This document shows, in pieces, positions 38,901 through 52,491 of a stretch of DNA of 64,000 bases (its first letter is position 1; each line of letters begins with the position of its first letter). This stretch comes from Vicugna vicugna. Its lineage: Eukaryota. Both the position numbers and the translations under genes were made by a program. Under the pieces are notes generated by a model that was given only the letters and a program-made list of their open reading frames with translations, made no database searches and was not told the DNA's origin. The DNA is taken from positions 4,896,093 through 4,960,092 of the forward strand of contig MU058687.1 in NCBI GenBank assembly GCA_013265495.1, written 5' to 3'.

Positions 38901-41900
38901 CAGGGAGTGGTGGAGACCTCGTACCTTTCTCCTCCAGTCCGCTCTGGCCTTTCCCTGTGTTTCAGAAATGTTATCCCAGTCTTTCTAAATCTCACCATTT
39001 TCAAGAGAACTTAGAAATCTAACCATTCAGGAGAGCCCTTCTGACTCTTAAATGTTGAAAACTAAGTCGCGTTAGAAAAATTGCCATGCCTACCCCTCCT
39101 TTAAGAGACAAAATAATGTACCTCTGAGGGCCTGATCCAGTTGTAGGTTCTGTTTATAACTTTCATATTGTACAACGCAGCTGATGAGTATCTATTGGAG
39201 AAAAATAATCAACAGAAAAAAAAAATCAAACCGGAAACCAGCTTTCATTACTCTTCCAAGAGGTGTGACCCCTAGATTCAGTATCGTCTGTTTAACGTGT
39301 CCCTCTGGGGTACACACGTGACTCCCACTCCTTTCTGCCTTTCACCAGAGTGGAGATGAAACCTGAGTGTCAAGGACACTTGGATCTTAGATGCCTGCAC
39401 ACTTGTTTCGGTGCATTCCCTGGATAACCTGGCTGGCTGGTGAGCAGAGGGGCTGTGGCTCCTCAGGAGTCATCCTTGGGCAGCTGAACCAGAAGCGCAT
39501 CCTGCTGCCTACTTAGGAAGGGGTCTCTGCTTAACAGCCAACTTTCTAAGGTGGTTGCCTCTTGGTGTTCTGCTGCAGAAAGCTTCTTGAAATCAGCACA
39601 AAGTAGAGGGGCAAGAAATCCATCTATGTTCGAGGGTTTGGGGAGCTGTTTTTCTCTATTCTTTCAGATGAAGCTTGGTAGATAGCTTCACGGCACTCAT
39701 TTAATTCCTTGTCATTTAATTCCATTACTCTCTTCCCTCTTTTAAGTTTTACTCTCTTCTGGCCTTAATCACTGCCTTAAAAGACTCAAAGTATCACCGA
39801 GCATAGATGTGACTCGTTAGCAACAGTAAGATTACTGCTAGCTGATGAGATGCGGGCGCTCTGACGTGGCTTGATGGTGTCTTCCCTGACGGCCTCTGAG
39901 CCTCTGGACCGAGGTCAGGTAGAGGCATGGCACAGACCACCCGCTTCCAGACAGCCACTGCTCTTCTGCTGGAGAGGGGTGTCTGCCGCAGAAAGCAGGG
40001 CAGTTAGCCGCAGGGCACACTCAGGAAATAAAGGATTTTATTTATCTTTATTTTGAGTCAATGGTTTTCTAAATCCCCTACATGCAATTATGCCATCGTC
40101 AAGGAAACTTTTGCCAGGGGGTCTGGGGAGGGCCCTTTGGGCAAGAGAGAAAATATTCTCTAAGATTTAGCATGTTTATGAACCTTAAACATGCTCTCTC
40201 TTTGTTTGTGTACGTTGAGCGCTGAGAGTCTATCTGAGCATTCAAAGGTTTCTGTCTCGGCAAAAATCACTGAAGTATTAGAGAGCGGACCAGCTGGTTG
40301 ATATTTTAAAGTGCTTTGATGCCAAATATTTCCTGTTTTTCTCTTGCTCAGACTGAATTTCATTTTCATTCCAACTGTTTCATCCTTCTAAACTTCCGCC
40401 ATTCCTCCTTACCTCCTCATCTGCATTACTTAAATATGTCCGATCTAAGCCCACTTTCCCCCCACCATTGGCCTGATCCTTCCCAAATAAGGCAGCACTG
40501 TCTGTCCTGAAGGACACATAATAATTCCTCTGCCTCCAGTCACTTGGGCAGTTTGTCAAGGACTGACTGTGGATGTTGATTTGGAAATATTACATGGGAA
40601 TGTTCCTTATTTCTTCTTTCTTAGTTGAGAAAACTGTGTGTTTGTTTTCATCTGTCATTGGCAACGATATTTAGTATAGTTTTTTTTTCAGTGCCCCATA
40701 ATTTTCCAATCACTGTCACAAGCATCACTTTCTTACCTTCACCATCACCCTGCAAGTTCAGTGATGCCATCCCTGTCTTACACACAAGGAAGCTCTACCC
40801 CAAGGATTTGCGACTTGTCCCAGGATTTGCAGGGTGCACAACTAGCACTTAGATCCATGTCTGCTGGTTCCATTACTGTTGAGGTGTAGAGGAGGAGGCA
40901 AGACCATGAAAATGAGTTTCTCTGGAATTCTGGCATCTTAGATAAGTCAAGGGTTACAATGGTGTCTAATAGGAATCAAATTGTTCAAAGAACTGGTAAT
41001 GAGATAGTATAGTGTCCACCTCTAGGACTTCAGTTTGAATCTAGTCAAAATAAAAAACAGAGTGGGTAGAGAACCTTGGTAATGGGTTACTAAACTTCTC
41101 GCCTCCAGGTCTACAGAGCAAGTTCTCCTTGGGGTACATAGGCTTGTTGGCAATTATCCCAAATACTGTTTCAGTAGACTACTTGAAATAAACTAATGGC
41201 CACAGTCCCCTGAGACATTGTTGTGGTCCACACTTTCCAAAGCACTCTCCCAAAGCAAAATCATAGCAAAAAATGTAAAAGCAATAAATGACCCATGGAC
41301 AAAGTTGTTACACCCTGCACTCAAGTGTTGCTTGCTGAGAAGTACAAAGATGCTTTTCCCATGATGTCAGGTGAACATTTTTTGAACCACCTATATGGAG
41401 AAAGACAGAAAACAGAAATGCCTCTTCTGCCTTCACAATGTTCACGATCTAGTCTGACTAGGGAAAAGAATCGTTCCATTAGAAAGACTGAAATAAATCA
41501 ACAAACCACTGATTTTATTGTTGAATGGATGCTGGAGAGGTTGGGGGATAACTGGAAGATAGACCTAGTTCATCGAAGATGGCTCTAGGAGGGCACGCAC
41601 GTAGAACTGTACTTAGCTCTGTACACCTATGTGTAGCGACTGGGAAAGCTGGACTCTGACAGAGGGAAGTCTCTTCTCCAGACAGAAAGGGTACCTCATT
41701 CAGTGCTGGTCTGAGCCAGGCTGAGGAGATCTGTTCTGTCTTTGGGTCGTTACTGGATCAGTGATCCCTAATGATCAGCCAGTTCATTCCCTGGAGCATA
41801 TATTGACTCTCCATCACACTGGTATTTAATTTACTCTGGAATCCATAGTTCATGCTGAGTTAGATCTGTGATAGAGTCCTGAGAAGCCTTCTGTGGCAGG

Positions 41901-43737
41901 GAAGTCCCAAGGCTTTCACTGACTATCCAGGGATTATCCAAGGGCTATATTAGAGCTTGACTACAGATGCATTTTGATGGGCACAGAAGGGCCTAGATTC
42001 TCCTGAGCCATCATCATTTTACTTCGAAAGCAAAGAAGGGGGCCAGAGAAACTAGCTTTGGGGTATGCTAAGTGTTAAGGTCTTATTGAAACACATGTGC
42101 ACACACATGCACACACATGTGGGCCTGCGTACACACGCAACTCCACTTCCCTAGCAATGTGTTCCCTAGACTTCTGGATGAAATCACTTAGCATCTTTTT
42201 ATCACTGGATAAAGTTGTAGCACACCCATAAAGAAGAGAGAAGAAGGAATGTGCCCTTTAAGTGCCACAGTATAAACACTTCTTCATATTGTGTATGGAT
42301 TTATTATAAACTCCGTGGATAATCTGTGTGTCTAAAGCTCCCACCGTATCATAGAGGAGCGGCAGCTTCCTAGTTTCTCATGGGTATTTCCCCCTAATTG
42401 GCTGAAACTTACTTTACTTTAAAATTTGGTAGGGATAGTACATTCAAGTAAATGAAAATAAAATGTGTACTCTAATCTATCACAAGGGGATGCAGCTTTG
42501 AAATAATTCTCAATGCAGGTATGTTGGATGCCTTTCCAAAGGCATGAGTCAGCTCCCTGGGACATATTTTCAAGTCCCCCATTTGGATGACTTTTACTTA
42601 TCGTACCCGGGGCCCAGGGAAATTCTTCTTCTTTTCATACTTCTGCTGGGACGCCCAGATTACTCTCCCCAATAGTGACTTGGACGCCAACACGGAGGCC
42701 AGAAGGCCTGCCTTCTTACGTGTTGCAGCTGTTTTAATTTCCCTTTTTGCCCCCCGCCCCTTGCTTTTATTATGGTGGTTAGGGGTAGGTCAGAATCAAC
42801 CTTTTGAATTAGAAATGCTGATAAGATCCAAGAGAGAACGTTACAGTGGCGACAGCTGACACAGAGGAGGACCATAAACTATCACCTGGAGGAAATAACC
42901 TAGCCGCAACTACTATCTCCAGGACACACACACCCCACTGCCCTGCGAGCAGACGGGCGCTGCTGACGTATTGGCATCTGCTGGCCGTTTTGTTTACGGG
43001 AACTAGGAAAGGAAAAATGAGCCCCTGTTTCCGGATGTTCAGCCCAAGATGATGACTCGGTAGATTCTCCTTGCAGGTAAACCAGGAGAGCTCTGTTAAT
43101 CACCATTTATCACTCAAGGGACTCAAGTGTCTCGCATATGCCCTGGAGCCCCAAGACTGAGATATTCATTGCTTTGCAATGCTCTTCACTTCTCTCATTG
43201 CATCTAATGTAATAAACTCAAGTCCTGGCATCAGAGTGATGTCTGCTGGCTTTTAGAGTCCCAAGCCTTCAGCAAGTATAGGATTCACTCCACAGAACTA
43301 GATAAGTTTTCAGAAAGAAATGTCATATCATTATAATTTTAATAACTTTACAACTTCACTCCATCTCTTCCATTACCAGGCGATTCCTGGCTACCGTCAT
43401 CTCTTGCCAGAAGCCTCTAATTTATTTCTCGGAATCCGCAGCTGCCCACCTTCAAACAGTTGTTATATTGAATTGATTTTAGTATCTAAACTACCCTTAA
43501 TGGACCCGAGATAGATTAGTTCATGCCTAAATTGGATGAATTTGTATATATTTTGTCTTTTCTGATTAGAAATGTGCTCTGTCTGTCAGGTAACAGTTGA
43601 CTGCGCCGGTACAGCCTCCCCGTGTGATCCTCCTCCTCATATTTGAGTTATTCTGACCATAGTAACAGAAACTCGCGGTCAAAAACTAAAGGAAAAAAAA
43701 AATCATGGCTAGCTTTAAATTGCCTGAGATTTCATAA

Positions 43738-43952
43738 CAAAGGTCAGCAAACTTTTTCTGTCAAGAAGCAGAGAGTAAATATCTTAGGCTTGTAGTCCAC
43801 ATGATCTCTGTTGCGACTGCTTGACACTGCTGTTGTAGGGCAAAAGCAGCCAAAGACAGTACATAAATGCATGAGCACAGCTGTGTCCCAATAAAACTTT
43901 ATTTACACAAACAGGCAAGGGCAAGACTTGGCCCCGAGTTTGCTGAACTCTG
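43738..43952 (+). mobile_element. MER58A-type hAT-Charlie MITE, full length
   Basis: TIRs caaaggtcagcaaact / agtttgctgaactctg; internal gctgtgtcccaataaaactttatttaca. Confidence 0.88.
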
Positions 43953-45029
43953 CTTCAGGCCATCCTGCCTCCTACGTGTACAAGTCCATTCTCCCAAGGC
44001 ACCGTAAAAATACAATCATCTACATTGTGTTTTCTGATCATCTCAGTGTGCTTAATCTCTCCATTCTGAAATATGTATACGAAATCTTTTTCTTTTTTTT
44101 ATCAGCTAGAAAGGGTTATAGTGTGTAGCCTGGGAATTCCTCCATGGGAATGACTGAGAACGCCTTACGTAGTAAACCAAGAGTTCTTGGCTGAGGCTTA
44201 TTATTCACACGGGCCCATTTACCTTGAAGCAATAATGCTAACTCGGTCTGTCACTTGAAAGATACGTAAATAGTAAAGCACTTTGGAGACTCATTGAAGG
44301 TTTCCTTCCCACCATGGAAGAGGTCTTGACAGGTTCCTGGCTGTTTGCTGGTCTCCCTTCCATATGGGGGCCGCTGCTCCCCCTTAGGCTGGAGTCTCCA
44401 GTTCTCAGAGAGGGAGGCCCTCCTTTGAAACCTCTCAGTATTGATTATGCCTCTTGATGGAAACTGACTAGAATTACCTCGTCTGCAGTGGAGGGTCATG
44501 GGACTACATCGTATTTGGGAATATCAGCTAACGTCATTGTGCCCCGGGGCGATGCACTGGGAGACCTTCCTAGGGGTAGCAGCAAGCAGTGATAAGAGAA
44601 GGGGGCTACCGAGGGAAAATAACGCAGGACTTGTGTTCTAGACCTGCCACTTTCTGGCTGTGTGAGCTTGCATTGCCAAGTTTACATCTGTGGAAAGGCA
44701 CTTGAACACAACACAGAGCAGGAGGGAGTCAGTTCATCCACACATGTTCATTGCTCATCCTGTGCTCTGAGGGCCAGAGCACAATTGTAGACCAAATGTG
44801 TAAAAATTCACACATGTGCACATCCGGGCATGCACTCGTGTACACGTCTGCATTGTATGTGGTGTGTGTCTGTGGTGTGTGTGTGCATACATCGCTCACA
44901 GAAGGAGTGTTCTGAGGAGTCAGTTGGACTATGTATAAGTGTTATGGGACAGTTTCCGTCATGCAGGACATGCTTGATGGATGTCCATTGTGTGAGTGAA
45001 GTTTTGCACTCCCTGCTACAGAGTTTCCA

Positions 45030-45218
45030 GCAGTGACACTATTCATACTATAGGCCAGATAGTTCTTTGTCGCGTATTGGTAGATACTGAGCACCATTTC
45101 TGACCTGTACCCTCTAAATACCATTAGCACTCCAGCCCCAGTTGTGACGACCAAAAATGTCTCCAGGCATTGCCAAGTGTCCCTGGGCACAAAATCAACC
45201 CCAGCTGAAACCGATGTC
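45030..45218 (-). mobile_element. MER20 hAT MITE
   Basis: ccccagttgtgacgaccaaaaatgtctccaggcattgccaagtgtccc. Confidence 0.85.
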
Positions 45219-45247
45219 CTAGTGGTACCAAGGCATTAATGTAAGGA

Positions 45248-45403
45248 GGTGGTTCCCGACTTTAGCAAGTATCTGAATCACCTAGAGAGCTTGTGACAAA
45301 TACAGATTTCTGGGCCCCACACCGGGGTTTCTGATCCAGAGTCTGGTTTTAGATCTAAGAATTTGCATTTCTAACAAGTTCCCAAGGACCACACTTTGTA
45401 AGC
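45248..45403 (-). mobile_element. MER5A hAT MITE
   Basis: gaatcacctagagagcttgt..aaatacagatt.ctgggccccac and agaatttgcatttctaacaagttccca. Confidence 0.8.
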
Positions 45404-47687
45404 AGGCAGGTCAGAGATTCTGCAAGAATTCTTGGTGATTTAAAAGATGCTTCCTAATTTTGAGGATTATAACATTGTTAGTCTGAGCACAGGGTTTAAG
45501 TTCCCTTCATTAAGGCCGCTGGGTGGTTCCTCACAGCTGCGGTAGAGATTTGGGAGAGAAGCAAGGCGTTTATGGGAGATGCTCAGCCTGCACTGGGTTT
45601 CAGTCAGCACTGCCCTGCCAGCTGTCACCTGAATCCTGCCAGGAGACTGCTCCAGGCCTTGGCACAACACTGGGGCTCCTACGGAAATGAACTTTAATTT
45701 TTGCTCTGTAGTCATACTTAACTACCAGGCGAGGCAGTGTGACATTGGGGTCTGTGGATACGAAGTGAATGTTCAGGGTGGATTTGAAGGACATGATGAC
45801 CCAGGATGCTGATGTGACCTGTGCCTGTTAGAGCCCGGGCTCTGGCTTGCCTCTTACTTGCTCCAGCTGTCTTGTCCTTCCTTGAGTCTCCTCTTCAGGT
45901 CAGAGTTCCTGTTGTCCTGTCATCCAGGCTCTTTCTCTCTCTCCCTTGTTTTTTCTTTGGTGGGAGTTAGAGATGGAGCTGTCTGGAGCTACTTATCAGT
46001 CTTATCTCTTTGGGCCCTCTGTTAGTATTTCAGTCTGTGGATCTAATCCGCTTTAATTGGTTGACCTCGTGCAACCAGACATCAGCAAAACAACAGAAGA
46101 AACCTAACTGCAGCCAGGGGGAACGGTGGGATGCAATTTTGCTGGGTGGGTGCAAAGGTCATGGAGACCTGTGCAGATTTAGGAAAATAGAATTGATTTC
46201 CAAGCCATTTAACATGAATTTTCTAGGTACAATCTGCACAGATTCTGGAGTCAATGGTTGTGATTAACCGACAGGTATTTCAAGTACACAGAGCGTGTCG
46301 TGTAGGGCGTGTGCAAAACCTCCGACTCACCCATCATCTGTCACACAATTTCTCACCCAGTTCTCCTCACTATCTTTACTATCATCACCATCTTCACCCC
46401 CGCCGTGAACATTATGTTGATAGCATCCTTAGCAGAGCTCTTCATGATTTGCCAAGATGTTATTCACTTCTCTTAAGTACCATTGAACACAGGTATAATT
46501 ATTATTGTTGCCTTTGTCTTATTCTCATTTTTCATACAAACAGTTGAGACCTGTTTATGATCACCTGGGCCACAAGATACGGAGCCTTGACTGGGCTCAG
46601 CTCTTCTGTTTCTGAGTCTTAAAGGCTTCTGGTACCCAGAGCAGACATTTTTTTCTCGCCTCCCTGCCTTTGCTGCCATGCAGCCACACGTAAGCTCCTT
46701 AAGGAAAGGAGACGGGGTCAATGTCATGGGATGATAGTGAAAGTCCAAACCCACTCCCCGCTGCACAGCGTGGGGTCTTGTCACTTCGAGTGATTCCTGG
46801 TAGTCATTATTCTCTATCATCGGTTTCTGGAGGCAGAGACCTGATCTCTTACATCTCTTGAATCCCCTCAGAGCACATGGCTTTGCACACCGGAAGTGCA
46901 CATTTACTGCTTATTGTCCCAGGTTCTAGAACAAAGAGACCGTCACATTGAAAGAACGGACTGATGATCTTCCTGAAAGACAGTTGATTGTCATGAAGAG
47001 AACCTGTACGTGTTCTGCTCGATGCGGGGTCTTTTATCCTAACGAACTTCAATAAAATCCTCCCTCAGTCAGAAATTATCGGATGAATCAATCGTACCGC
47101 ATCTTTTTGTATTTTACAGATTGCATATCTAAAGGACAGTGAAACTATATGTTTTGCCTAAGATTTATTGCAAAAAATTCTGAATATACATGACCAATTC
47201 TCTGCTTTATCCCATACTGTTCAAATCCTGGGTAGCCTCCCATGGTATAAAAACTTATTAGCACAGTTTTTTTTCTATCACAACCACATATTCTAATTCA
47301 TTACTCATTTATTCACTTGTCCATTAATTTAACAAGCATTTACTGAGCACCTGTTAGGATCTCTACATTTGAAATATGCAGGAGTAGTTTAAGCAGACAG
47401 GTTAGGCAGGTTATGCAGACAAGAAGTATATAATATGTAATGTATATGTCATCTTATGTGAATAACTCAGTTGCAGCATGTAATACATATGACAGAAACG
47501 TAACAAGGTGGAAAAATCCATGGGCTTCAAAGGCAGGTAGACCTGTATTCTGAACTTAAATGTATCTCATATTAGTTATGTGAATGCCCCATTCTCTGAA
47601 TCGTCATCTTTTTAACCTATAAAACCTGGAGGGTAATCATGGGAATTTAAAAATTATTCTATTAAAAAATATTTCCCGAGCACCTAC

Positions 47688-48020
47688 TCTGTCATCCAGA
47701 TTGTCTGAGTTATGCTGCAGTAACAAAAGCTTCAAATATTTGGTGTCATAAAGCAACCAAGCTTTGTTTCTCACATGTCCCACACCCATCTTAGATTGGC
47801 CATGACCAGGAATTTGCAGGGTGCAGTGGTTCAGAGAAAATGGGAGAACTCTGGCAGGTCTCACGCCCGCCATTGAAGGGTGGTTCAGGAGTGACACCCA
47901 ATTTATTGGTCAACCCGGGTCTGTTAACCCTATACTCCACAAGGGGACCCAGGAGATCTCTCTTACTATGAGCCCATAATGGAGGAGAACTACCAAAAAA
48001 TGGTAAACTGTGACACTGAT
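47688..48020 (-). mobile_element. Old MaLR LTR fragment (MLT1J/K/L-like)
   Basis: gttatgctgcagtaacaaa...ttcaaatatttggtg.cataaagcaac. Confidence 0.5.
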
Positions 48021-48223
48021 CACTTTATTTACTCTAACCCAGACTTTGAAGTGGGTATGGCAGTATCTGGACCCAAGAGGGATCACCTGTTCTCTCTCCT
48101 TGTGTCATTGCCCAGCACTGAACTCACATTCCGGGGGAAGCCGAGGAGTTGAGAGTTGAGAACTGCTTCCTTTGTGTTTCATCCTGGCATACGTTTGAGA
48201 GCCCCGGTTCTGTTTCTGTCAGC

Positions 48224-48252
48224 TGCAATGTTCTAAAATAGCAGATGGCGCA
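48224..48252 (+). promoter_or_regulatory. Candidate CTCF site with upstream module
   Basis: TGCAATGTT-ctaaa-ATAGCAGATGGCGCA: the core resembles CCAGCAGATGGCGC and is preceded by a TGCA(A/G)T upstream motif. Confidence 0.45.
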
Positions 48253-50264
48253 TTTTGCCTTCCCCTGGGGCGCTCTGGAATGAATGAAGAGATCACCTTC
48301 AGGGAGATCATCACTCCTGAGGACTTTTCTCGCCCCTGTGCATTTCTGCTCCTGAAATCTGACCCTGGTGTTGGTAGCATCTCTTGGGTCACCTCCATAG
48401 CAATAACTGTAATGTGGCTGGCAGAAGATCAGAAGGCTGGAGCCGGATTAATTTGAGGAGCCAGGTGGGCTCATAAACAGTCATTATTGTTGAAGAATGA
48501 CTTACTGGCTATTTAAAGACAGCTGTTTTCTGTACTGCTCAGTTTCTTCCTGAATGCACTTGAGGATTCTTTGGTAAAGTCTTCTGATTTACCACTTGTC
48601 TTTGTTTTTAATATCGAGGAAGAACGTAGATTGAAGTGATTGCCTTGGTAGCAACTTTAGTGGTGATGGGTGTGGAGTTATTAAAATTTATAGTCATGCT
48701 GTTTTTGCAGCTACACTTTGCTTGTCTTGGAGAAGCTTATAAAAGGCATCAAGGAATGTGGAGAGAGAGCAACTACCAGATTGTGGCCGGAAATCAACTG
48801 GGCAAATGTTTCTTTGTGTTCTATTTGCTAAAATTTACATTTATTTGTACAATATTTCTTAATGACAGCATTGCCAAACCAACCAGTCCTTAGTTTGAGC
48901 CACTGCTTTCAACTATGCTAGTTGAGGGAGAAGAAAGTGAAAAGATGCCTGCCATTTATTGAGATCCCAAAGTATGCGCAGCCACAGGTCAGGTGCCTCA
49001 CACCTGTGTGTTCTCCTAAAATCCTCGCTGCAATCTGCCTGTCTCCCTCCACGCATCCCTTTACAGAAGAAACACCAGAAGTTAAACAGCCTGCCCGAGG
49101 TCCTACAGCTTTAAGAGCCAGAGGTATTATCTGAACCGTGCTATGCTAAAACCCATGTTTATCACATCAAACCAATTAATTTCTCCAGTAATCACAGAGT
49201 GTTTTAAATGGTCAAATGATTGGATGGTTCCTTCTCCTGATCTCATGCATCCCTTATATTTGTATAATATGTTATTATTTCATATCATTTCAGCCTTATA
49301 ACAGCCCCCTGAAGTATGTAAAGCTAGTATCCTGTCCCTGTGATGTGTGATCAAGAAACGGGTTCAGAAAAGTTAAGTAACTTGCCCAAGGTTGGTCAGG
49401 GCTGACTCCAAAGCCAGTGCTCTTTATCTCTCACACCTTCTCTTCCCTAGACACATGAGCCAGCAGAGTTTATTTTCATGGCAGCTGAGCATGATGGATT
49501 CAAGCCTGGGCAACTCTATGGGTATTTTCCACAAGGCTTATAATGAATTGAGACAAAGCAGTTAGCCACAGATTATAATGCCACTGTGGTCCGTTGACAA
49601 ATGACAAGGAGGTTGCAGTAATGAAATCTTATTACTGCGAGTAGAGAGACCACATCTGAGGTCTAACACAGCCACATTTACCACTGCAGGAAACACTGTG
49701 AAACATCTGGATAAGGGTCTCCACTGACACTGGCTGCGTGCTAGCAGGATTAAGAAGATCTCTCTGAAATGCTGATTGCAATGGCAAATGTGTGGTGCCT
49801 AAGATAAGGACCAAATATTTATTCTGGCAGAGATTAAATCTTTTCTTTTCCTGAATCGATTATGGATCTTGCAGAAAATCTGCCCAAGAATATATCTCGC
49901 TGATCAGCCTACTCAGTGAGCCAGAGCTGTCCTTTGCTACTGCTGTTGCTGAAAAGCTGCAGAAGGCTGGTTTAAAGGTCTCCTCTCTCCCCCTAAGACC
50001 GTTCTCCATCTATGATTAATTAGTGACTCTGCGGTGAATTGAATCACCAGCAGTCCTTTCCACGCTTCCATGATTTATATAGTCGTTTCTCACTGAAGAA
50101 CAGTCGTAGAATAAACAGCTCACATTTGTGGGGTGGGTGGAGGAGTGATGGTGTCTGCAGCCATGGTTCCTTCACTCCTCCAGTCCTTCCATTCTGCTAA
50201 AAGGGTTCTGACTCAGGTTATTAGAGCTCTGCGTGTTTAGGCATGAGGGTGATTAGGTACCAAT

Positions 50265-50285
50265 ACACACACACACACACACACA
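50265..50285. repeat. (AC)n microsatellite
   Basis: Perfect AC run. Confidence 0.92.
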
Positions 50286-52319
50286 TCCTTAGAAATGAAT
50301 GCCAACTCTTGAAGTAAGAGAAAGCAGAAAAGTCATATTGCCATTTCTGAAGCCCGAGAGAATTAAGAAAAAAAAGAATAAAATGGATCATAATATTATT
50401 AGTTATGAGCATGAGTGATGCAAAAGAACCCATCATCAGGTTCATTTATCCATGCATCATGTTTTAATAGTAGGTACTTTGTTTAGTGCTGGAGATGTAG
50501 AGATAAAGAAAAAAAAAGCTGAGAACACAATGTCACAATAAACAGGGATTTAAGAAATCCTGTTTCTTAGAAACTTAAGAAAATGAATATGTTGAGTCAC
50601 CATCTGGGGAGGCACCTGAATCACTTTTCCCAGAGAAGAGAGTGGGAATTATAGACAAAATTTTACAGTGGGTACCATGCTATCCAGGACACAAAGGAAG
50701 CAGTGATGTCCCCCCTGTATCTCAGCATCCCTGCGTGCTGAAAGCAACCTTTTGATCAGCCTATATTCCTACTTTTGAAGATTAAGTCTCCTGGGTACTT
50801 ACTCATTATTTTATTGGGCGCAAGATGTGTTCACATCCTAAAGGAAAATTGGCACAGCGAGGAAAGCTTGTCTTTTGGAAAAATAAATGCAGTGTACTAA
50901 ACTGTAGGGAAAACAGTGCCTAAAATCTCACCAGAAGTCTTCATTTATTGACTTTAAGCATAGTGAGTGTTTAATAACTATTGTATTTATATATTGACTG
51001 AATGAACCAAATTACGACACTTGAGATGCAGCGAAATTTTTCCTACGTCTTAGTTTATGTGGATTCTGAGCTTCCTTCCCCCATATCCTTCTCCCCCTGT
51101 CCTCTCCTCCTCTTCCTCTTTCTCCTTCTTCTTGAATATAAGGAAATAGAGGATGACATTGACAACGTGAACAAATATTGTGACTCAGTCGCGTAGAACA
51201 TAAGAATCCCAGCGGAATTTTATTATTTTTGAAAGTCCAACCGACTGTTTAGCCAACAAGCCAGACAACTAGAGAAACGGAGAGAGATGTCTCTCTTCTC
51301 TCCTGGCCCATTCCTCCTGACACCTTGCATGCTGACACCTTTCAGAGAGGTTGCGAAAGACTGAATGCGTCTGATCAATGCGGTTACTTTTCATTTTACG
51401 TCTCATTCTGAATACTAATCCCAACTCTGAGTCATAAGCAACTATTGAAGGAGAAGAGTAAGGGTTTTAACAGCATTATTGTTTATATTTCAGTGTTTCT
51501 GGGCACTTCCCAGGAGGTGGCTGACGTCACCACCACCACCATCACCGCAATCATCATTTTCATTGCCATAATGGTGCTCTTCTGGAAGTCATTATGTTTT
51601 CCCTCCCAGAAGCCTTTTGAGGGCCACAGAGGTTCTCTTCTGCTGTGTAACATAAAGCTATGGCACCGAATATTGTCTCCCTCTTAGCATTAACTGTAGG
51701 AATAGGGCTGCCAGTGTGGGAAGGGTGGCGGCATCTGACTCAGAAAACTCCAGCTCAGTTTCACTGGCCTCAGATACATTTTCCACGTGCTTTAGACCTA
51801 CGGGAAGTATCACCGGGCATAAGTCTGTAATCCTAGCCTCTGTGGTTTTGGCTCCTAACCATTCTGCACACTCCTGCTTGGCCTTGACTGCTCCAAAATG
51901 TGCAAGCAGGCTTGTGGTTCCTCTTTCGTCTTAAATCTGAATCATGGCGTGATCTACGTCCAGCGTCTTATTAGCCTCTCCTAGAGAACAGGCCTAATTC
52001 ATCTCACAGAAATGAACCTTGCAGTGTCACTACTCACTTGTTAGGTAGTCCTGTGGTCCCAGCTTTGATATCTGTTGAGGGCAATCAAGTGATGTAACCT
52101 GTGCAGTGCGGCCTCTGGGAGCAATTTGGGTGGTTTTTGTACCGTTGGTTTTTATGTTCGGGATGAAAGCCCATGGAGAAATGTAGGATGCTATTATTAA
52201 CTCCAAGCTGACAGCTCTCTGCGGGTACCTGGAGACTCATTGTTAGTTGGAGGATCAACTTTAAAGGGAGAAAAGCTTGTGGTTGGTGATAACTATGCTT
52301 TTTGTACTTCCTATTATAG

Positions 52320-52491
52320 GAACAAGGGAAAATTGGAGTTGTCTTCAACATCGGCACAGTTGACATCTCCATCAAAGAGGATCGAACCCCCGTAAATGAT
52401 GGCAAATACCACGTGGTGCGATTCACCAGGAACGGCGGCAACGCCACACTTCAGGTGGACAACTGGCCAGTGAACGAGCATTATCCCACAG
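52320..52491 (+). CDS. NRXN3: Neurexin-3 internal coding exon (LNS6/laminin-G domain; the constitutive exon just upstream of SS4, shared by alpha and beta isoforms)
   Basis: Acceptor ttttgtacttcctattatAG ends at 52319 and donor GTacct starts at 52492. The 172 nt (57 codons + 1 nt; phase 0 start, phase 1 end) translate to [57 protein letters not shown](G). [21 protein letters not shown] is the neurexin LNS6 signature; [13 protein letters not shown] and [10 protein letters not shown] identify NRXN3 rather than NRXN1/2. Confidence 0.97.

Larger units (their letters stand above)
1..52319 (+). other. NRXN3: 3' part of a very long NRXN3 intron
   Basis: No preceding neurexin exon (ending ...GDFLQLHI) is recognisable in 52 kb. 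The region ends in a polypyrimidine tract and AG, with a candidate branch point tgaTAAc at 52287-52293. Confidence 0.85.
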
